Below, piece by piece: positions 1 through 6,197 of a stretch of 6,216 nt of DNA. The stretch's first letter is position 1. Each line of letters starts with the position of its first letter. The stretch spans positions 1-6,216 of the forward strand of contig JADGIF010000598.1 in the NCBI GenBank assembly GCA_018985225.1, given 5' to 3'. The stretch is from Amoeboradix gromovi X-113. Lineage: Eukaryota > Fungi > Sanchytriomycota. The translations under genes and the position numbers were made by a program. The notes under the pieces were generated by a model. That model did not search any database. It saw nothing but the letters and a program-made list of their open reading frames with translations, and had not been told where the DNA came from.

Positions 1-131
1 GAGGTGGCAAAGCATTGTTGCCAGCAGGAGGTGCAACTATGTTGTTTGGAGGTGGCAAAGCATTGTTGTCAGCAGGAGGTGCAACTATGTTGTTTGGAGG
101 TGGCAAAGCATTATTGTTAGCAGGAGGTGCA
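1..131 (-). repeat. 48-bp coding tandem repeat, about 2.7 copies visible, encoding APPA(N/D/G)NNALPPPNNIV
   Basis: GAGGTGGCAAAGCATT recurs at 1, 49 and 97 (period 48). The copies are nearly identical and the array is cut off by the window edge. Confidence 0.95.
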
Positions 132-379
132 GAATCGGTTGGTGGGTTTGGAATAACAATGTTATCCGCAAGAGATTCAATAGTTGGGTTTTCAGATTTT
201 TCAACTATCCTTGGAGGTTGCATTTGAGATTTTGACTGCCAGGCAACACCAGCGGTAACATCCGGAACAACGTTTTGGTTACTTTCTGAGCTACTCTTTG
301 ATATTGAAGCAGGCAGTGGTTGTTGATCCAGTTCTACGGGCAGCACTACAGAAATGCATATCGTTAAATTAATTAACAT
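1..379 (-). CDS. 5' portion of a Pro/Asn-rich tandem-repeat protein, possibly secreted or surface-exposed; runs off the left edge of the window
   Basis: Manual translation from ATG at 379 is open to base 1: MLINLTICISVVLPVELDQQPLPASISKSSSESNQNVVPDVTAGVAWQSKSQMQPPRIVEKSENPTIESLADNIVIPNPPTDSAPPANNNALPPPNNIVAPPADNNALPPPNNIVAPPAGNNALPP... It is missing from the ORF track because there is no stop in the window. The short hydrophobic N-terminus is a weak signal-peptide candidate. An out-of-frame upstream ATG at 389 (MPFNVN*) makes the start slightly uncertain. Confidence 0.75.
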   Translation of the reverse strand, partial: MLINLTICISVVLPVELDQQPLPASISKSSSESNQNVVPDVTAGVAWQSKSQMQPPRIVEKSENPTIESLADNIVIPNPPTDSAPPANNNALPPPNNIVAPPADNNALPPPNNIVAPPAGNNALPP

Positions 380-500
380 TAAACGGCATTTTGCAATAGT
401 TTGGCTTAAATAGTATTTATTTGCGCACAAATAGAGTCACAGTCACACTGGTTGGGCATTGTGACAAAAACAGGAATCTAGGATTAGGTGTAACAATACA

Positions 501-506
501 TTTATT
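501..506 (-). terminator. Candidate polyadenylation signal AATAAA of the Nup96-like gene
   Basis: Minus strand reads TGA-CCT-AATAAA. Confidence 0.55.
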
Positions 507-509
507 AGG

Positions 510-1977
510 TCATGATTCAACTCGCCACTCATCCAATAACATAGTTTTTTCAATTGAAGCAGTTGACATTATATCCTCATGGATGCTTCCGTTCATCATT
601 TTGCTGTAACCATCTTCTATTAAATATTCATAATTATCATTCAACTTCTGTAGTATTTCCAGAAAATCTTCATTTAAGCAATCATCAAACTCATCTACAA
701 AACCAACTATCTTATCATACAGTAAATGTGTTTCTATTAATCTTTTTATGTACTCTTTAATTACATCATCTGGAATTTGTATGTACTTTTTTTTAATAAA
801 TCTGAAATATCGCATTAAATCATCATGCCTTTCTACAATATTATGCAGCAGGTAAACGAATATGTTATCATCTATCTGCTGGTTCCCTAAACTCAGGGCG
901 TATTCGAATCCCCATTTGGTATCCCATTCCATTTCTTCGATTCCTAGTAGTACTATTTTAGCCAGATCATACACTCTAAATTAGTAAAAGATACCCTAGG
1001 GACTTACATAGCTCCATTGCTATACTGCATTTTTTGTTGCTTAACAATACATCGAGCAAGTGTCGAATTTCACGATCATAGTTGTACCTTAGCTCTTTCT
1101 TTATAATAAAGGAAAGAGAGGGATACTCAGTAAAGCCAGATTCCACTAGTGAAATACACTGGTTTATATCGTCGATGTTTGGATCAGCAAACCACTTTAC
1201 TAAATAATATAATGGGTCTGAGATCTGGATAAAGTTCTGAAATTGGTACCTGTCCTCCTCGAAGTTGTTTAATACACTAGATAGAACCTGTTTAATGGTA
1301 GAGCTGGGTCCAAAATAGAAATAGTATTTCAAAATGAAGACCTGTGACCAGTTTAAGTCTAATGGCTCAAACCAGGTGTCTCCTACGGTTAATGATTGAA
1401 GAAAAGTCAATGGGTCATTGCTCGTATTACTATATATGTTGGAGTTTAACTCTTGGACCACAACGGACGCATTAAATGCGCTTGAAATAGCTACAGCTAA
1501 ATGATAGTTTTGATGATTTAATAACAGGTTGCAAGACTCCTCAATTTGGCCGAGAGTCAACATATGAATGCATTTTGAATATATGTCTGAAGACTGGTTC
1601 TTAACAGCGAAAGCATTATATTCGCATAAGCAATCTACTAGTTCCAGACAATTGGCCATTTTCATGTTTAAATTTAACCTCGTTATTATGGACAACAACC
1701 GAACTAAATAATGAGTGTGTTGGTCATATATATTGTCATACATTTCATCGATAGGTTTAAGAATCAGATTTGGCAATTGATTAAGTGGTGGAACTTGTGG
1801 CATTGGCATAACTGAAGACAGCAAGTAGTGCGGGTGAGGTAGCTTGATTTCATTAAACAAATTAGTTCTGTTTATTTTTTGTTTGACAGGCGTATCTAAA
1901 GTAGGAACAGGAATTCGCATGGTTTCAGCAAGTTGCAAAAAATATTGAAGAGACTTCAAAGAAATAATTGAGTCCAT
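510..1977 (-). CDS. NUP96: Divergent Nup96/Nup145C-like nucleoporin, two exons: complement(join(510..975,995..1977)), 482 aa
   Basis: ORFs 976..1977 and 510..974 join in frame (..CKSLG-VYDLAK..) after removal of a 19-nt GT-AG intron. Motifs resemble the Nup96 domain in the expected order: IHMLTLGQIEESCNLLLNHQNYHLAVAISS, LDLNWSQVFILKYYF..PSSTIKQVL, DPLYYLVKWFAD. Start context is AAAATG, and AATAAA lies 3 nt after the TGA. The family assignment is by motif recognition, not by a search. Confidence 0.7.
976..994 (-). other. 19-nt spliceosomal intron (phase 2) GTATCTTTTACTAATTTAG
   Basis: GT..AG ends and an ACTAAT branch-like motif. Its removal fuses two adjacent long ORFs that are offset by one frame. 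Same length and layout as the Sec61 intron. Confidence 0.88.
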
Positions 1978-2499
1978 TTTAGCACTCTGCCCCTCAACAT
2001 GTTCTTTATCTGCTTACAAATGACAGTTTGCGCCTTTACATGTCTCCATATTGGTTTTTTTCAGAGCAACACACCTTTTGCACTTTGACTAGTAAATTCT
2101 TTATTACATTAAGTCATTGTCTTTCCTCTTTATTTGCAGTTCCACTTCAATTCTAGACCAGTTTCTGAATATCCGGTTTTATACAGTTACAAAGGTCGAG
2201 AGATATCATAGAGACGATGACAAATGTAACATCATTCTACTATTTTCAAGGTCCATGTCTATACCGGTCTACTTACCGCGATGTAGCGATGGGTCGAAAT
2301 GCAAGTAGATATTGCAACAATTTATCAGTCACTGAATATCTTCGTAGCAATACTGAAGGATCTGACTAGCAAATAAGAAAAACTTGTAACAACAATCTGC
2401 TGTATAAACTATAGGTCATAAATTTTGGGACAACACTCCATAATCCGTTCGACTTTTTGAGACATTTGTTTTAAAACGTTTGTGTAGTTTTTGCAAAGC

Positions 2500-3894
2500 A
2501 TGTCCCAGCTTGGTAAACATTCTATGAGACTTGGGAAGGAGCTACTGAGCAACAGTGAAGCTCAATGGATTAAAATGTCACGAATCACATACGAAAACAA
2601 CAATAAGCATCATTCATGGGAAATGGTGGAACGGAAACATTCCAAATCAAGTGTATCGAATGTAGATGCAATTGTTATAGCTCCTATACTAGTAGGAGAT
2701 GGCCCTAATCGTACAGTACTAACTTTGCAGTACAGACCGCCGATTGACAAAATTAGCGTTGAGTTTCCGTCAGGTTTAACCGATTTGCATGAGTTCGCTG
2801 AAACCACTGCTTTGAGGGAATTAAAAGAAGAGACAGGGTACGTAGGCAAGGTCGTAGGCGTTAGTCCCGTCCTTAGTAGCGACCCAGGATTAACCAACTC
2901 TGTTTTTCAAATTGTAACTGTCCAAGTAGATTTAAACTCGGAGATCAACAAACATCCGGTCCAGAACCTACAAGGAGACGAATCGATTCAATTAAAAGTA
3001 GTTGAGTTGGATCAACTTCTTCTTACTTTGAATGAACTGAGTGCATCCAGCTGCATTGATGGGAAGCTATATCATTTTGCAATGGGGCTTCATAATTTCT
3101 CTACTCCTCAGTTGAACATGGATCAATTAAACTCATTCAAAAACCATGGATATGCTGTTGTACCCAATGTTCTTAGTGCTTCAGAATGTGACATTTTATT
3201 AAGTCATTCCAAAGGTTTATGTGTCGACTTCGATTCCAGTGATTCATCTGTTTTCGAAACGAATGAGAACTTACATACAAAAGATAAATATTTTTTAGAC
3301 TCGCACGATAAAATTAGTTATTTCCTTGAGAAAGATGGCAGCACTGTTAATAAAATTGGGCATGCTCTACATTTTTTGGATCCTCTGTTTAAGTTGATTA
3401 GCGACAAGGCTGTGGTATCCAACATTTGTGCACAGATTGGCATGGTGGATCCTCACATCATGCAGAGTATGGTCATATTCAAACAACCTAAAATCGGCGG
3501 AGAGGTTGGACCTCATCAAGACGGCACGTTTCTTATTTCTGAGAAGTTAATTGCATTTTGGTTTGCTTTGGAAGACGCTACAATTGAAAACGGATGCTTG
3601 CAGATTTCAGAAGGTAGCCATAAGTTACCAATTGCCACATTCTTTGAAAGCGATGGATCAACAACAAAATTTAATAGAATTCAGGAGGATCCTGTTGATT
3701 TGAAATACAAGCCAGTGGTTGTTAAAAAAGGATCTTTAGTTCTTTTGCATGGAAACACATACCACAAAAGTATGCAAAACGCAAGTGAAAACAGTAGAGT
3801 TGCTTACACGTTCCATGTTGCGGATTTAGAAAAAGAATGGAACCCAAAGAACTGGATAAAGAAGAGTCATACAAGCTATAGGCTAAACCAATAA
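2500..3894 (+). CDS. Fusion protein (464 aa): N-terminal NUDT5/Ysa1-like ADP-ribose pyrophosphatase (Nudix) plus C-terminal PHYHD1-like Fe(II)/2OG dioxygenase (PhyH family)
   Basis: Perfect Nudix box GLTDLHEFAETTALRELKEETGY (2773-2841), preceded by QYRPP..EFP and WE-x-x-ER typical of the NUDT5/Ysa1 group. From about 3112 there are PHYHD1 signatures: YFLDSHDKISYFLEK, NKIGHALH, QSMVIFKQPKIGGEVGPHQD (HxD at 3514-3522), EDATIENGCL..GSH, distal His (3763-3765) and 2OG-binding Arg (3796-3798). The first ATG is at 2500; the track's 2491 start is TTG. Confidence 0.9.
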   Translation: MSQLGKHSMRLGKELLSNSEAQWIKMSRITYENNNKHHSWEMVERKHSKSSVSNVDAIVIAPILVGDGPNRTVLTLQYRPPIDKISVEFPSGLTDLHEFAETTALRELKEETGYVGKVVGVSPVLSSDPGLTNSVFQIVTVQVDLNSEINKHPVQNLQGDESIQLKVVELDQLLLTLNELSASSCIDGKLYHFAMGLHNFSTPQLNMDQLNSFKNHGYAVVPNVLSASECDILLSHSKGLCVDFDSSDSSVFETNENLHTKDKYFLDSHDKISYFLEKDGSTVNKIGHALHFLDPLFKLISDKAVVSNICAQIGMVDPHIMQSMVIFKQPKIGGEVGPHQDGTFLISEKLIAFWFALEDATIENGCLQISEGSHKLPIATFFESDGSTTKFNRIQEDPVDLKYKPVVVKKGSLVLLHGNTYHKSMQNASENSRVAYTFHVADLEKEWNPKNWIKKSHTSYRLNQ

Positions 3895-3895
3895 A
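3890..3895 (+). terminator. Candidate polyadenylation signal AATAAA overlapping the TAA stop of the Nudix-PhyH gene
   Basis: CAA TAA A: the hexamer contains the stop codon (3892-3894). Confidence 0.55.
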
Positions 3896-3973
3896 TTATC
3901 TCTCCAATTTCTATTCAAGGATTAATTCCAGCTTAGTAGCGAAGAGAGAAACATGGGAATTTTACGAAGTGCT

Positions 3974-3979
3974 TTTATT
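3974..3979 (-). terminator. Candidate polyadenylation signal AATAAA of SEC61
   Basis: Minus strand reads TAG-AAAC-AATAAA. Confidence 0.55.
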
Positions 3980-3983
3980 GTTT

Positions 3984-5430
3984 CTAAAAGATCAAAGCTT
4001 CCATACCTCCACTTTCGGCTTGCTCCTTAACAAACATTTCAAAATACTGATATATGATAGTCACTGCCAAAAGAATACCTGTACCACTACCTATGGCCCC
4101 TTAGTTAGTTAAAATTACCGATCAAGTCTGCTGTGACACTAAGTAATCCGATACATAAGCCACCCAGTGCAGCAGCTGTTGGAATAATCTTCTTGAGCTC
4201 CTTGTATAAACTTTCTTCACGATGCCCTCTCATGACTAGCTGCTGATCCTTTAACTGTCTAGCAACATCTCTTGGACTACTGCCACTCACATCAATCCAA
4301 GCTCGAGAAAACGCAGCACAGATGTACAGCATGAACACCAAATGTAGCACAAAATGGATTGGATCTTCCCACACCGAGGTGAAGTCATGTGGAGGAGTAA
4401 GATAGTACGCGAAACCACTTATGGGTGCCAATCTGTTGGTTCTTTCACTTGCATCCCAAACTCCAATCAATCTTATGATAAAATTGTCAGGAAATCTGTT
4501 GAATAGCATCTGAGATATCATGAAGATATTGCTTACTAGTGCTTGTTCCAGCATGATAGGCATATTGCTCGTGTAAAACAGCTTTATAGGGTAGGAACCC
4601 TGTTGGCCTCTCATCTTGAGCGACTTTACCGGTATTTCCACTCTAAATCCCTGCAAGTATATAACCAGAGCAAATATTAGCAACGTTGCAGCTAAGTTTG
4701 TCAAATTCGGTAAATGTGATCGATACAACGCTTCTCTTAATGCCCTGTATTTATCACTTCTAGTTAAAATTAAATGGAAAAAGGCAGTAACTGCTCCCTC
4801 AAATTCAGGTCCCTTGCCAGTGTTAATAGTAGTAGGACTGAAAGCTTTCCAGATAACAGTCTCACACACGTTTGTAGCGATGAACAAACTGATTCCGCTT
4901 CCCAGACCATAGCCCTTACTAAGTAATTCATCTAGTAAAATAACTATCATACCTGCAATAAACAACTGTAGAATCAGAAGAATTACGATACCTGCGCCCA
5001 AATCCTTTGGTTGACCATAGATGCCACTCATTACACTTGCAAATGCTTGACCAAAGGTCAGCAACATGGCAAACAATTTTTGTGCTGCATTAAAGAGAAC
5101 ACGATCCTCCCGAACTGAGTAATCGACTTCAACCAGATTTGCACCTACCAAGAGCTGCATTATCATGCCACTAGTGACAATGGGAGTTATTCCTAACTCC
5201 ATAAGAGTACCACGATTACTAGCCATAATCAATCTCATCCAATATAATGGATCACTAGTTTCACTACTCATAATCCCATAGAGTGGAATTTGGGAACAAA
5301 CGAGGAATATAAACAATACTACACCGGTCCATAGCACTCTTTGTTTGAAAGGTACACGTCTCTCAGGAGCATCAACCTCTGGCATGTAACTGCAAAAAGG
5401 GCGAACCAGGTCAAGAATTCTAAATGACAT
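3984..5430 (-). CDS. SEC61: Protein translocon subunit Sec61 alpha, two exons: complement(join(3984..4099,4119..5430)), 475 aa
   Basis: Clear Sec61a motifs: [73 protein letters not shown]. The track ORF stops after ADLIG. Removing a 19-nt intron restores the conserved final helix [42 protein letters not shown] and gives a normal full length. Confidence 0.98.
4100..4118 (-). other. 19-nt spliceosomal intron (phase 1) GTAATTTTAACTAACTAAG
   Basis: Boundaries are fixed by protein conservation on both sides (ADLIG|AIGSGTG, no residue gained or lost). GT..AG ends and a canonical ACTAAC branch motif. Confidence 0.95.
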
Positions 5431-5650
5431 GCTCTGTGAGTTTCAAGGGCTTGGGAATAATTTTTGAGGATGTTTAAATCAATGCGACAAATGAGAAAAC
5501 TTCAGAGACAGATCATATCACTTTGTGTAGGGCTCAATCAATGTACTTAATGGGTGTTCCGTAAAATTAATTACTTAATCTCTTTGTTACCTTCGGGCTC
5601 TTAAATAGTGCTACATTAACCCCTTACAGCAATCGAAATCTAATTGACAA

Positions 5651-5890
5651 AAATCACTTATCGTTGTTGAATGCATTCCGCAATTCCAATAATTCTTCTT
5701 GCCAAACTCATAAAACTCGATATTCTTTTTATTTAAGACAAATGTCTCCAAATCACTACAGCTTGACTATTTTCTTGAATAAATCATTTATCGCGAATTT
5801 GTATATATTTTTGTATCATTTCAAGACTTTTCCAGATTTTTCCAATAGCTTAAACACTCGATATTCTTCCTTTTCGCAAATGGGAAATCA
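5651..5890. repeat. Degenerate direct duplication (about 5651-5755 vs 5781-5890)
   Basis: Colinear anchors: AAATCAYTTATCG (5651/5781), TTCCAATA (5684/5840), exact 13-mer ACTCGATATTCTT (5715/5856), CAAATG (5739/5877), AAATCA (5750/5885), with indels between them. Confidence 0.6.
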
Positions 5891-5911
5891 AATCTAAATA
5901 AATAATTAACA

Positions 5912-6197
5912 GGTGCAGCATACATTCGTCTCAGACTGATAAGCTGGTGCAAGCATGGAAATTCGATACCATGTACAATATGTGGCACTCTAAAGAAAAA
6001 CAATTTAGAGAGCTATTCATGTACATAGAGTCGTTTGGAAGTGGACATGGACCACATGGCACCAAGGAACAAATTCGATGCCATGTACGAGGTATGGTAC
6101 TCTAAAGAAAACCAATTTAGGAACCTACACTTGTGATAATTGTCATTTGGAGATAGATAGAGACCATATGGCAGCAAGGGACATATAGAAGTATCTG
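5912..6197 (+). pseudogene. Decayed TnpB/Fanzor-like (OMEGA nuclease) C-terminal fragments, two tandem copies of zinc ribbon plus RuvC-III-like motif
   Basis: Copy 1 (codons from 5960): NSIPCTICGTLKKNNLESYSCT*SRLEVDMDHMAPRN. Copy 2 (codons from 6072): NSMPCTRYGTLKKTNLGTYTCDNCHLEIDRDHMAARDI*KYL. Their consensus S-x-x-C-x-x-CG-x11-C-x-x-C-x-L-E-(V/I)-DRD-x-x-AARNI matches the TnpB/Fanzor pattern TS..C..CG...C..C....DRD.NAA.NI. In-frame stops, lost cysteines and a frameshift between the copies indicate relics. Confidence 0.75.
5959..6182 (+). repeat. 112-bp tandem repeat, two ungapped copies (5959-6070, 6071-6182)
   Basis: Hand alignment of 37 codons gives 82/111 identical nt (about 74%) with no indels. 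Confidence 0.92.

Noticed and set aside
15-227. Plus-strand 70-aa Gly-rich ORF
   Set aside because: Antisense shadow of the Pro-rich repeat gene. It has a non-ATG start, and the minus frame has an ATG and a longer open frame.
436-465. GTCACA direct pair and GTCACA/TGTGAC inverted repeat upstream of the Pro-rich gene
   Set aside because: Only 6-bp arms. It could be a regulatory site but cannot be distinguished from chance.
421-760. Plus-strand ORFs 421..609 and 554..760
   Set aside because: Short, non-ATG starts, antisense to exon 2 of the Nup96-like gene, no recognisable motifs.
510-974. 154-aa ORF as an independent gene
   Set aside because: It begins with GTG 1 nt after the upstream ORF's TAG and is better explained as exon 2 after the 19-nt intron.
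2117-2308. Plus-strand 63-aa ORF, and a 50-codon ATG ORF starting at 2217
   Set aside because: No recognisable homology or motif; lengths are compatible with chance.
2259-2383. 18-nt GT..AG segments on the minus strand (GTAAGTAGACCGGTATAG and GTTTTTCTTATTTGCTAG) as extra tiny introns
   Set aside because: They lack the ACTAAY branch motif and 19-nt length of the two supported introns, and splicing them yields only a short unrecognisable peptide.
2610-2897. Minus-strand 95-aa ORF
   Set aside because: Antisense shadow within the Nudix domain.
3984-4118. SEC61 as a truncated pseudogene, programmed frameshift, or stop-codon reassignment (TAR=Gln)
   Set aside because: A GT-AG intron with a branch motif restores the exact conserved sequence. 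Read-through would not fix the frame, and TAG, TAA and TGA all occur at plausible protein ends in this window.
4616-4912. Plus-strand 98-aa ORF
   Set aside because: Antisense shadow within SEC61.
5664-6003. ORFs 5664..5897 (+) and 5821..6003 (-)
   Set aside because: Non-ATG starts and no motifs; they overlie degenerate repeats and the antisense of the TnpB/Fanzor-like relic.
5959-6182. 112-bp repeat as a CRISPR-like array, or as 93-nt exon plus 19-nt intron units
   Set aside because: Similarity runs across the whole unit with no repeat/spacer alternation. No 19-nt GT..ACTAAY..AG element is present in either copy, and the 37-codon nuclease-like reading explains the unit.
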